Source of the DNA: a virus
Length of the DNA stretch: 64,000 bases
Direction: 5' to 3' (one strand)
Virus record (IMG/VR): IMGVR_UViG_3300031857_000029
This document shows, in pieces, positions 20,549 to 29,545 of this stretch (position 1 is its first letter; each line of letters opens with the position of its first letter). The notes beneath the pieces were generated by a model. The model was not told the origin of the DNA, did no database searches, and saw only the letters and a program-made list of their open reading frames with translations. A program made the position numbers and the translations under genes.

Positions 20549-20760
20549 TTCCTCGCTCGGTTTACGAAACGCTTCAGGGTTTCTACTGCTTGCTTGTTCT
20601 TCGGGTTGACATACTCCAGCCGTCCTGCGGTCTTATGGTCAAACACCATCGCACCCACATATTTCTCGACACCACTGCACTGCACACACGTTTGCGTATC
20701 GGGGAGCACCTCGAGCCTCTCGCCGGGGATGACGCACTTACATTTGAAACATAGTCTCAT
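20545..20760 (-). CDS. TraR/DksA C4-type zinc-finger protein
   Basis: CFKCKCVIPGERLEVLPDTQTCVQC. Confidence 0.75.
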   Translation of the reverse strand: MRLCFKCKCVIPGERLEVLPDTQTCVQCSGVEKYVGAMVFDHKTAGRLEYVNPKNKQAVETLKRFVNRARN

Positions 20761-21458
20761 TACGCAGCCCTCTGTAGGATAGTGAACCCGCTGGTGTCCT
20801 TCTTCGCCTTCCCCTTCGCCAGTAGTCCGACGATAACACACTTTTCGTCGAGGAAGCGAAGGTCAGTCTCGGTGCCGTCGATAACCTTCACACCAGCCCA
20901 CTTAGCGGGAAGCTCGTCGAACACTACGGCGACATTCATGCCCTGCCCCAACATACGGAGCGCGTCGATTTCGTTCGTCTCGCTCCGGCTGAAGGTCAAG
21001 TGATAGTTGAGAGCCTTGACCTTTCGGTTCGTCAGCTTCGTGTAATCGTAGAACTGGCGATTAGGGAACGCGAGGAAGATGTTCGGATACGTCACGCCGT
21101 CAATCGTGACTGGCACCGTCTCCCACCGGATGTCGCTCGTGCCGTTCAGACGGAACACCGGAATCATGTTCTCACGCTCAGCCTTCCGCTCAGCCGCTTC
21201 GATATCCTTCACAAGCTGAGCCATAAAGGTTTCACGATTTTCGAAAAACCACTTGGTCTTGCGGATACGGGCCTCCTGAATGGCGGTGAAGCGACCACGC
21301 CCCGCAGTGTTCAGACAAGCCGAAGCACAACCCTCGGACGCCATCGGGCAGGTATTGTATCCCGACAAGGTAGACGGCGCGAGGTGCATGATGAAGGTCA
21401 TGTAGCCCATAGCCTCGCCCTTCGCCGTCTTTGTGTTCCCGATAGTCAGCAGCTTCAC
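20760..21458 (-). CDS. GP88-like (Fe-S/radical-SAM-related) phage protein
   Basis: CPMASEGCASACL, RLNGTSDIRW, FYDYTK, YHLTFS. Confidence 0.7.
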   Translation of the reverse strand: MKLLTIGNTKTAKGEAMGYMTFIMHLAPSTLSGYNTCPMASEGCASACLNTAGRGRFTAIQEARIRKTKWFFENRETFMAQLVKDIEAAERKAERENMIPVFRLNGTSDIRWETVPVTIDGVTYPNIFLAFPNRQFYDYTKLTNRKVKALNYHLTFSRSETNEIDALRMLGQGMNVAVVFDELPAKWAGVKVIDGTETDLRFLDEKCVIVGLLAKGKAKKDTSGFTILQRAA

Positions 21459-21717
21459 TTTGTTCTCCCTTTAGGTTATGGGTGAAATATAACCCTATAT
21501 CGAAGAAAGGGAAGGGGGTGCGCAACATCGTTACAATTGGACAAGGTTAGGAATAGCTGGACAGGCGTTTGTCAAGGGCATTAACGTATTTGTTACACAA
21601 TTGTTACACAACTACCATGCTGTTTTATCATCGACAGCCAGGTGTTTTATCATTTCGGCAATAAAAAACCCCGCCGGTCGGGGCGGGGAAAACCAGGCTG
21701 CAGCCTTTCGGGTTTTT

Positions 21718-21993
21718 TTACTTTAGTGCTTCAAGGAGTGCATGCAGGGTTGCCTCGTATCGGGCCATCTCATCGAGCCGCTTGGTCAACTTCTCCCGCT
21801 CCCTTGCAATGTTCTCCAACTGCACGGGTGCCAGCTCTTTCACAATGAGAGGAAGGTTCGCATCCTTCCCCAGTACTGCATGCTCACCTGTCGCCACATC
21901 GGGCAGTGTGCCTTCGGTCGGCAGGTTACTCTCGTTGAAGTCTCGCAGTGCGTTGCCAACCTTGTCTGCGGTATTTGTAAAAATACTAATCAC
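21718..21993 (-). CDS. hypothetical protein, C-terminal coiled coil
   Basis: GGAG RBS, terminator downstream. Confidence 0.55.
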   Translation of the reverse strand: MISIFTNTADKVGNALRDFNESNLPTEGTLPDVATGEHAVLGKDANLPLIVKELAPVQLENIAREREKLTKRLDEMARYEATLHALLEALK

Positions 21994-22322
21994 GTTGCCA
22001 CTCCATCATACGCTTATGTGAACCATCACGATTTGGCTTTACCTTTCTGCGATTGTCAGTCAGAGAACCCACAGGGTCCATAGACTTGCGAATCACTTCA
22101 CGAGGCGAAGCATACTCGTACATCTCTTCTAACTCATCATAATCAATCACAATGAAACTCGGGCTGAAGGACAAAGACAGCTAAGGCACATGCCGTTCGT
22201 GTTGTCAAAGGTTTGATTTTTACAATCTTCGTTTGCACAACCAGCACTTGCGCACTTCTTACACTTATACAAGTACTGACCACACTGCCTATCGTTATCC
22301 AACTTCATTCTGCACTGTGCCA

Positions 22323-22742
22323 TTACGGATTCTTCCGCGGACGACCACGGGGCTTGAACTTCTTGGCGAACTCAGCCTCACGAGCCTCATGCAGCTTCTC
22401 TGCATCAGTACCCGCCTTGGGGACACCATAGTGATGCTTCCAATCATACTGGTCCACCGTATCTAGAGTGCCATAAGTTCGACGCTCATTGATTTGAGCC
22501 CAAGACTTGATACCATAGATGACCCAGCTGTTGCGGTCCACCATATAGCGACCAAGCTTCTGGAGCGGCTTGCCCTGATGGAAGGTCTGCACGTACACCT
22601 TGTCAAACTTACGACCTGTCTCAATCTGTACCGTGTCGGTAGTATCCCGCCCATCGGTGTCAGCCTTCTGGAAAGCGGCTCGGAACTTCTCCAGCTTCTC
22701 GACATACTCCACTGCTCGGTCCAGTCCAACGGTCTTGCTCAT
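22323..22742 (-). CDS. hypothetical protein with C-terminal AT-hook
   Basis: GAGG RBS, own promoter, KPRGRPRK. Confidence 0.7.
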   Translation of the reverse strand: MSKTVGLDRAVEYVEKLEKFRAAFQKADTDGRDTTDTVQIETGRKFDKVYVQTFHQGKPLQKLGRYMVDRNSWVIYGIKSWAQINERRTYGTLDTVDQYDWKHHYGVPKAGTDAEKLHEAREAEFAKKFKPRGRPRKNP

Positions 22743-22836
22743 CTGTGTATCCTCGTTTAGTTGTTTAGTGTTTTTTACTTACTATATTAAGTTTAACTAC
22801 TTACCACGATTTTGTCAAGGGGTCTTCAATAATATC

Positions 22837-23115
22837 TTATATTTCAATCCCCAAGTCTCGTGCCGTCTGCATCAACTCTTCCTCTGGTAGCGACTCCGCC
22901 CACTCCAACTGATACTCGTAGTAGGCACTCTCCAAGTCATCCATCGTTGCCACTTCGAGCAACTTCGTGGCAATGAGGGCGGGAAGGTCGGTACGCTGCT
23001 CCTCTGCGAAGGCAATCCAATCGGTGAGAGCCTCGTCCAAGTTTGCACGCTTCGGCTCATCGTACAACCCGTGCTTCATATCGTCTGCCTGAATGTCTGC
23101 CATTGCGTTATCCAT
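22837..23115 (-). CDS. acidic hypothetical protein
   Basis: GGAG RBS. Confidence 0.6.
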   Translation of the reverse strand: MDNAMADIQADDMKHGLYDEPKRANLDEALTDWIAFAEEQRTDLPALIATKLLEVATMDDLESAYYEYQLEWAESLPEEELMQTARDLGIEI

Positions 23116-23116
23116 T

Positions 23117-23407
23117 TTAGAACTCCAAGTTGATGTAGTCTGCGTCATCCACTACTTCCCAAAACTTATTTGCGAAATCATCACGGGTCATAGACTTGTT
23201 AGCGATGACGTTCTTGTGGTAATCCTCGTACGCCTCTAACATACAGTCAAGTGCGAACACATTCCCGACAAGAGTATAGGACGAATCACCATACGACACG
23301 TTGCTCCACGCCTTGTCGGCAATCCACTCCACTTCGGCATTGGTCAGCTCCAGATGGTCATAGATGTCGGAAATATTCACAAGGGACACCGTAAAGGTCT
23401 TACCCAT
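23117..23407 (-). CDS. acidic hypothetical protein
   Basis: AGGAG RBS. Confidence 0.6.
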   Translation of the reverse strand: MGKTFTVSLVNISDIYDHLELTNAEVEWIADKAWSNVSYGDSSYTLVGNVFALDCMLEAYEDYHKNVIANKSMTRDDFANKFWEVVDDADYINLEF

Positions 23408-23609
23408 TGGGATACGTCTCCTTGTCATAGTTGAACCACGCCATCAGATTCTTGTGGAGCTTCTTGTCAGTCTTGGCGAAGTGAACCAAGAGGGACGAAA
23501 GGTAACCCGCAGAGAACGAATCGTTGCCCCACTTGTTACGGTTCTTGTCCGTGAACTCCTTGACCATCACTTCCAACTCCGTCTGCATTTTGTTCTCCGT
23601 ATTAGTCAT
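23400..23609 (-). CDS. hypothetical protein
   Basis: First ORF after promoter at 23644. Confidence 0.55.
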   Translation of the reverse strand: MTNTENKMQTELEVMVKEFTDKNRNKWGNDSFSAGYLSSLLVHFAKTDKKLHKNLMAWFNYDKETYPNG

Positions 23610-23650
23610 ATACTGAATATAACCTATTATTGAATAGATGTCAAGGGGGG

Positions 23651-23809
23651 TCAGACCTCGAAGTAACGGGACCGATCATCCCGCTGGTCCGCCACCCACG
23701 CGTCCCCATCCTTCCACGCGCACTTGGAGCTGCAGTAGTTCTGCCACCAACCCTTCACCGGGAGGGGCTCGTAGCACCACACACAGCACTCCTCCGTGTG
23801 TTCCTTCAT
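23651..23809 (-). CDS. small Zn-finger protein
   Basis: CVWC...YCSSKC. Confidence 0.5.
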   Translation of the reverse strand: MKEHTEECCVWCYEPLPVKGWWQNYCSSKCAWKDGDAWVADQRDDRSRYFEV

Positions 23810-23878
23810 CTTCGCACCTTTACGCATTGTAGTACTCCTCGCACTGAATCTGCGTGTCGAAATCGTCAATCGTGTCCA

Positions 23879-24130
23879 TTAGTTTACCTCGTCAATATCA
23901 GGGATGATGGTGTCCATCGGGTACTCCTCTATCCAACAAAGTTCCTTCACAAAGGTTTCCACAACCTCTTCTGCCTTACCCTTGTCGTTGGTGACATACA
24001 CAATCTCTGTATCAACTGAAATGAAGGTTTCGACAATCTCTTCTGCTTTGTTCTTGTCCGTGGTCACATACACCACATCGTCCACATTGTCGATTTCCCT
24101 TTCATACTTGACCACATACACCTTATTCAT
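23879..24130 (-). CDS. acidic hypothetical protein with internal duplication
   Basis: VYVTTDKNKAEEIVETF / VYVTNDKGKAEEVVETF. Confidence 0.65.
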   Translation of the reverse strand: MNKVYVVKYEREIDNVDDVVYVTTDKNKAEEIVETFISVDTEIVYVTNDKGKAEEVVETFVKELCWIEEYPMDTIIPDIDEVN

Positions 24131-24284
24131 TTCGTTTCCCTATTGAAGTTATACTAAATATAACCTTATATTGGGGGAACACAAGGGGTTTCCTGATATT
24201 TCTTTATTTCGTTACATATGGACAAGGATAGGACTAGCTGGACAAGGGGTTCGGGGTATCTTCGGGGGGTTTTATCACAGCGGG

Positions 24285-24436
24285 CAAAAACTTTAAACCC
24301 CCCACTGCGGAGTATGCAGTGGAGGGCTCCCGTATCGTGGGGAACGCCGGAGTTTTTTATTTAGGGGACTCGGTGAGTAAACCCCTGTTAGCGTTAGGTG
24401 GTTTGGGTACCCATTCCACAACGCCCGTTCTCAATT
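24285..24436 (-). ncRNA. putative small structured RNA
   Basis: Own TTGACA-17-TAGATT promoter, three hairpins, terminal GC hairpin plus U tract, only a 6-codon ORF without RBS. Confidence 0.5.
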
Positions 24437-24768
24437 ATACATAAATCTAACTCAAAGACTACCGCTTGTCAAGGGGGTCACCTCTTTTATTTCTACCTTG
24501 TACCCATGCTCCACATATGCCGCTGCCACCCATTGCGCCTTGGTCAAGGAATGTGCCTGCTCCGCAATATGGTGGTCACCCTTTGTTCCTTCAATCCTAT
24601 ATGTCGGCATCGGCATTCTCCAGTTTATTTGACCTGACCGCAAATACTTTCATTCCCTTTTTCTTCTTTCTACTATTCACCCATGCCGTATACTCAGCTT
24701 CGGCTTCCATCATTGCCACATCATAAAGCATACCGTGCTGGTCTGGGTAGAGCGGTCCCCTATACATA

Positions 24769-24951
24769 TTAGAGGTCACGGTTAGAAGGATTTTCGCTCA
24801 CCCACGCCATCCAATCAGTCAGAATCTTACTGGCTTCCCGACGATTGACAAAGAACTGCTCTTGAATGTATGGGGACGCTCCATACATATTCGTCTCGCC
24901 AGACTCACGAAGGCGGTTGAGATAGATAAACTCCTCACGGACATTAGACAT
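24769..24951 (-). CDS. conserved phage hypothetical protein
   Basis: LRESGETNMYGASPY motif, GGAGG RBS. Confidence 0.65.
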   Translation of the reverse strand: MSNVREEFIYLNRLRESGETNMYGASPYIQEQFFVNRREASKILTDWMAWVSENPSNRDL

Positions 24952-25330
24952 TTGCATCCTCCATCTCATAAAGGTTGATTTCCTGCGGGTCCAAAGCGTA
25001 GCAATTCCACTTTCCATCTTCCCACACATACCCATACTCACACGACACACTACGGAAATGCTCAACCATTTCGGAAAAGTACTTGAAGGTCTTGGTGTCT
25101 ACATCGGTGTCTCCTCGACGGCTGTAGGCCTCACACTCTGTCTCTTCGAGCCCATCCCGAAGGCTTGAGATGTCACCAATGTTGACAAGCAGCTTTGCCC
25201 AGAGGTCCGCGCCGTAGTGGTCACGAAGGGTCACACCGACACCGCCGGGGTACCCATCCCAATGGCAATAGATGGCGGTGTACTCATTCGTGTCGTGGTC
25301 ATACTTTGCGATGAAACTGCGGGTAGCCAT
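24944..25330 (-). CDS. conserved phage hypothetical protein
   Basis: MATRS..IYCHWDGYP..VG motif. Confidence 0.75.
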   Translation of the reverse strand: MATRSFIAKYDHDTNEYTAIYCHWDGYPGGVGVTLRDHYGADLWAKLLVNIGDISSLRDGLEETECEAYSRRGDTDVDTKTFKYFSEMVEHFRSVSCEYGYVWEDGKWNCYALDPQEINLYEMEDANV

Positions 25331-25659
25331 TAGAGCTCCACCTCCACCGACACCCCACGAGGAACCGTGATACGAGCCCCATCAATGATGTAGGTGATAC
25401 GACTACGGCTGACTGTCTCCACCTGCGGGCGGGGAGTACTGACCCGGCGAGGGACATTACGATTTCTGCGGGTCCACCCGAGCGTCACACCAACCTGCTT
25501 TCTGACCGACTCAGCCACCTGCGCCTGAATACGAGCGGAGTACTTGGCGTTCTTGGGGTTCTTGATAAGGGTCTGGACAATCTCCTGCGGGTTCATCCAG
25601 CGCTCAATCCCATCGAAGTTGACGCCGTACTTCCAGTTGACTCGCTCTGAATACTGCAT
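25330..25659 (-). CDS. basic hypothetical protein
   Basis: AAGGAG RBS, downstream of operator copy 3. Confidence 0.65.
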   Translation of the reverse strand: MQYSERVNWKYGVNFDGIERWMNPQEIVQTLIKNPKNAKYSARIQAQVAESVRKQVGVTLGWTRRNRNVPRRVSTPRPQVETVSRSRITYIIDGARITVPRGVSVEVEL

Positions 25660-25727
25660 TTGTGTAGCTCCTTTGTTTGATTGGATGATGTAATATACTG
25701 TACTACTGGGGAAAGGTCAAGGGGAGA

Positions 25728-25750
25728 AACATTAAGATTTCATTAAGATT
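25728..25750 (-). promoter_or_regulatory. 23-bp tandem-repeat operator copy 3
   Basis: AACATTAAGATTTCATTAAGATT, exact reverse complement of copies 1 and 2. Confidence 0.75.
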
Positions 25751-25830
25751 TCTCACCCCTCTCTGTAAGGAACGCCCCTACAATCAGAAAGACGAACATA
25801 TAGGTACCAAAGACAAGGACGGCCATCGTA

Positions 25831-25986
25831 TTAGGCTCCAAAGACCACAAGTTCCTGACCCTTGTAGACTGCTGGGGTGACCATATCCCATTCGAGCTCA
25901 ATCTGGTCATCGCCAGTGTCAATCTCGACCACGGCGTTCGGGTCAAGCTGTTCGAGGAGTTCAATCAGGGTCTTTACGTTCATCAT
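25831..25986 (-). CDS. small hypothetical protein
   Basis: MNVKTLIELLEQLDPNAVV pattern common in phage early genes. Confidence 0.6.
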   Translation of the reverse strand: MMNVKTLIELLEQLDPNAVVEIDTGDDQIELEWDMVTPAVYKGQELVVFGA

Positions 25987-26251
25987 TTTCTCTCTTGAAG
26001 TGTTACCTATAATATAAGGGGAAACCCCCCAAACCACAAGGGCTGGAGGGCTATTGTTACAATTGGACAAGATTAGGACTAAAGCTGGACAATAACGCCC
26101 ACGTCCAGCAGGACGGCGTAGACCACCATCCCAGCCCAGAAGGTGACGATAGGGACAAGGAACTTGTACCCCAGGTTGTCATCCATCTTGAAGCTATAGT
26201 CGAGGTCAGAGATGAGAGTGCGATACTTGGTCATACGTTATACTCCTGGTA

Positions 26252-26476
26252 TTAGAGAAAGGAAAAGACTGAACCCACAATAGACTTGACCACCCAAGTC
26301 CACATCAGAAAGGGTAGCACCTTCATCACCAATGTATAGAGAAGAAGAGCAGCATACCCACCCACGATGAACCAACGGGCTTTCCATAGGAAGTCAAGGA
26401 CAACCCGCAACCCCTCTGGGATGTCTGACACGATGGAGGTGAACAGCCCTTGCAACGATTTGACCCAACTAACCAT
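26252..26476 (-). CDS. membrane hypothetical protein
   Basis: AAGGAG RBS, hydrophobic C-terminal half. Confidence 0.6.
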   Translation of the reverse strand: MVSWVKSLQGLFTSIVSDIPEGLRVVLDFLWKARWFIVGGYAALLLYTLVMKVLPFLMWTWVVKSIVGSVFSFL

Positions 26477-26672
26477 ACGGCTCCTTTGTAGAATGTCCTT
26501 GAATATAACCTTATAATAGGATAGGGTCAAGGGCTATAACGCAATCGTTACAATAGGGGGGCGACTTTTTAGGGAACGCCAGGCCGGGGCCGGCAGCGGC
26601 AGGGGGTGGGTAGCCAGTTTCCGCGCGGTGTCAGGTTTTTTCCCCTATAGCTCGCTTTCTTATAAAGTATTT

Positions 26673-27038
26673 TTAGTCTTTTAGGTTTATGGGAAGGCAT
26701 CCGTGTATAGTACCATAGGGAGCGGTCGTATTATGGTCACTCCACATCGGATATTTCTTTTCTTCTAATGTCCATCCATAGGTGAAGTCGGGGGTACTCC
26801 CATAGGCACGCAACATACCAAGTTCTGCGGTTTTGGTCAACTGCCAACACAGGCCTGGCGTACTGACGAGAAACCATCGGATAGGTTCTCCAGGCGTACT
26901 CGTTATCGTAAAGGTATCAATCTTTCCTATCCAGCTGGTATTAGACTCTATAATTACCAGAAACTCTTGTTGTGGTATAGGTACAGTAACCTCTGTGCAT
27001 CCCAGTAGGAAGAGTAGCGCTGGCCAGAGTTGTTTCAT
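26673..27038 (-). CDS. putative lipoprotein
   Basis: Signal peptide with LLGC lipobox. Confidence 0.6.
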   Translation of the reverse strand: MKQLWPALLFLLGCTEVTVPIPQQEFLVIIESNTSWIGKIDTFTITSTPGEPIRWFLVSTPGLCWQLTKTAELGMLRAYGSTPDFTYGWTLEEKKYPMWSDHNTTAPYGTIHGCLPINLKD

Positions 27039-27259
27039 AGGTTCCCCGTATGGTGTTTGTAATACATAGTTTTCCGCTAGCTGGAATTCGAGTAAGTTCC
27101 CACAGGGCGTAAAAAAATTCCAGGAAAAAATTTTTACCTATACGAATGAAATTAATAACCTATTTATACTATATAGATTGGTATACAGACCACTATTTAT
27201 TCTTAACACTTGACAAACTCAGCGGTTACTACTATACTAAAGTAAACTGTGAGAATTAT

Positions 27260-27442
27260 ATGAATAAACTAAACAAATATTTCGTACCAGTAAATTTAAT
27301 TGTGTATGGCGAAACCGAAGCAGATGCGTTAGATTATGTACAAACTGCACTCGACCATTCTGATTTGTTGGACCAAGATGGCATCGTCGGTGTCAATCCT
27401 GACATTGAAGTAGATGACATTGAATTCTACGAGGAGGAGTAA
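27260..27442 (+). CDS. acidic hypothetical protein
   Basis: TTGACA..TATACT promoter upstream. Confidence 0.55.
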   Translation: MNKLNKYFVPVNLIVYGETEADALDYVQTALDHSDLLDQDGIVGVNPDIEVDDIEFYEEE

Positions 27443-27445
27443 AGT

Positions 27446-27688
27446 ATGATTAAAGGTTTCAGAAATTTTGTACGGCCGCTGCAAGTTCCATTGTCTTTAG
27501 TAGTTGCATTTGTTGCATTCCTTTGGTATGCAGACTACCTAAAGACAATAGACAACAACAATGCAGCACAACGACAGCAAGTTGTCTGTCCGTCTTTTTT
27601 GAGTATTGCAAGGTCAGCACGGGATACGCTGATTGTTATGAGAAACGAACCGCTGTGTAACAGTTACGTCCTCGATAACTTACAGTAA
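27446..27688 (+). CDS. single-pass membrane protein
   Basis: GGAG RBS, one hydrophobic segment. Confidence 0.6.
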   Translation: MIKGFRNFVRPLQVPLSLVVAFVAFLWYADYLKTIDNNNAAQRQQVVCPSFLSIARSARDTLIVMRNEPLCNSYVLDNLQ

Positions 27689-27901
27689 TTGTATTCTGGA
27701 GATATTTATGAAGGTGAATTGTACAACCGTTGCATTTATGATGGGTGTCATCATTGGTGCATTGATACATACGGAAAACTCTATCGTTAATGTGGTTAGT
27801 TCTATTGCACTAGCAACGGTTGTCTTTCATCTGTCTTTTGAAAAAACTTTTAGTTTTAAGTTCATTAAAAAGGGTTCCTAATATACTTTTTGGGGAACCG
27901 A

Positions 27902-28243
27902 ATGCGAACACCAAATTTGTTCGGAGAATTTAATTCAGCAATCATCGCCGCACTTGGAGCTCTGGTCTTTGGTGCGTTGATGAAGTTTGTATCTAAGTTA
28001 ACCGATAAAAGAAAAGATACACTAAACGAACATCTAGAACTCCGTAGAGAACTACGAGAAGAACTTGATGCGGTCAAACATGAAATAAACACTCTCCAAA
28101 AAGAATTAGATGAATGGAGAGAAAAGTATTACCATCAAGTTGAAGTCACCACATTGTTGCAAGCAGAACTTGCGGCAATGCGTATAGAGATGTCTAACTA
28201 TACGAGTGGGGAATTTATCGCACCAAAAGACCGTGATGATTAA
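27902..28243 (+). CDS. membrane-anchored coiled-coil protein
   Basis: N-terminal TM, heptad-rich remainder. Confidence 0.65.
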   Translation: MRTPNLFGEFNSAIIAALGALVFGALMKFVSKLTDKRKDTLNEHLELRRELREELDAVKHEINTLQKELDEWREKYYHQVEVTTLLQAELAAMRIEMSNYTSGEFIAPKDRDD

Positions 28244-28553
28244 TCCCATAGTCTATACCGTAACGGTTATAGACTTATATACGGACAAGGTATTAGGTAT
28301 TCGTAGAACGCCTGTCATTTATACACAGTTTAAGTTCGCGGAACATTCTGTAAAGAATAATACTATGGGACTGTCGGATGGAACCTATCAATATGCTGTT
28401 ATTGAAGAAAGCGTATTAAATGTTATTCGTCCTACCATTGAATCTGTAAAACTCAGTCAATGGTGGTATAAATACAATTCTGTGCTAGATGAATTTGAAG
28501 CATGTAATATACCAACACAATTAAAAAATCAATCTGGGTTTGGAATAGGTTGA
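28236..28553 (+). CDS. hypothetical protein
   Basis: Overlapping start/stop with upstream gene. Confidence 0.6.
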   Translation: MINPIVYTVTVIDLYTDKVLGIRRTPVIYTQFKFAEHSVKNNTMGLSDGTYQYAVIEESVLNVIRPTIESVKLSQWWYKYNSVLDEFEACNIPTQLKNQSGFGIG

Positions 28554-28612
28554 TACAATCGTAACCAAGACACTATATATTAGTGTAAGGTTTTTATCTA
28601 AGGTAGGTTTTT

Positions 28613-29005
28613 ATGAATATGTTTATGTTAGGAGTACTAGCGGGTATTGTTGTATTTGCAGTATTGTACTCTGTATTTATGTTGAACAAATTACACGCTG
28701 GAATTATCTTGATACACCAGATGGTGGAAAATCAAGGAAAAGCAGCTCAAATGTTATTTATGAAGGTTAATAAAATAGAGAAGGTAACAGAAACTACGAT
28801 GCAATCAGCCGAAGCATTCGTTGATGCGTTACGTGAGTCAGCAGAACAAATGATGAATATGCGACCACCACGTTTGCGAAATCAGGATGATTCGGAACAA
28901 TTTGATGACCTTCGTAAAACATTTGATGACGGTATTCGTCGCATGGAAGAAGATGACGAAGATGAAGATAGTGAAGAAGGACCACAAGAGGATTGGAAAA
29001 AGTAG
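28613..29005 (+). CDS. membrane-anchored protein with acidic tail
   Basis: N-terminal TM. Confidence 0.65.
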   Translation: MNMFMLGVLAGIVVFAVLYSVFMLNKLHAGIILIHQMVENQGKAAQMLFMKVNKIEKVTETTMQSAEAFVDALRESAEQMMNMRPPRLRNQDDSEQFDDLRKTFDDGIRRMEEDDEDEDSEEGPQEDWKK

Positions 29006-29163
29006 TACCTCTTGACAAAATTTGTACCCACTAGTATACTGGGTTTAAGCGCTTAACACACAATTCAATTTATTAAACTCTGTTTAATATTAACAGAGAA
29101 CGTGTGCCCTTTGCGCTTAATTGGGTTAAAAAGAAAAAGAAGCAAAAAGAAAAAGAGAAAAGC

Positions 29164-29538
29164 ATGATAAATAAAGAACAGGTTATAACTAATATAGGTT
29201 CAGGTTGGCATAGTCATATTGAAACAATATATGCTATGTTGCCTGAACTTTCGTTTTGCTCTGGAGTTTATTTAATAGAACGAAAGAATGGAATGTTGCG
29301 TGTAATTTTTTCTCGTACAGACTTGACAACACCAGCGCAAGACTTTATACTTAAGTCTATAGAGTATAAGATTGAAAGATTGACAGCAAAGGTATGTGAA
29401 GAATGTGGTCAATATGGAGTTCGTAGAACAGAACTTCCAACAGTTAAAACTCTATGTACTCGTTGTTATGCATTTGAGTACAGCAAGCTTAATCCCGTGC
29501 CATCTTTGGTGGCGAATCAACAACCTCAAATTGTTTGA
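29164..29538 (+). CDS. hypothetical protein with Zn ribbon
   Basis: GW...CEECG...LCTRC. Confidence 0.65.
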   Translation: MINKEQVITNIGSGWHSHIETIYAMLPELSFCSGVYLIERKNGMLRVIFSRTDLTTPAQDFILKSIEYKIERLTAKVCEECGQYGVRRTELPTVKTLCTRCYAFEYSKLNPVPSLVANQQPQIV

Positions 29539-29545
29539 GGCATGT

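Larger units (their letters stand above)
21529..26091. repeat. dispersed 35-37 bp repeat, three copies
   Basis: 21529-21563, 24210-24244, 26055-26091: YGTTACAWWTGGACAAG..TAGGA.TA(AA)GCTGGACA. Confidence 0.8.
19281..26530 (-). promoter_or_regulatory. array of ten sigma70-type early promoters
   Basis: Minus-strand CTT(GACA/GACC/GTGT/GTGG/CCCT)-16/17-TA(TAT/GAT/TAA/AAC)T with -35 near 19309, 20339, 21513, 22818, 23644, 24184, 24472, 25720, 26039, 26530. Confidence 0.8.

Noticed and set aside
17298-26091. CRISPR array or mini-array
   Set aside because: Repeats are dispersed or only paired, without regular unique spacers; no cas genes seen
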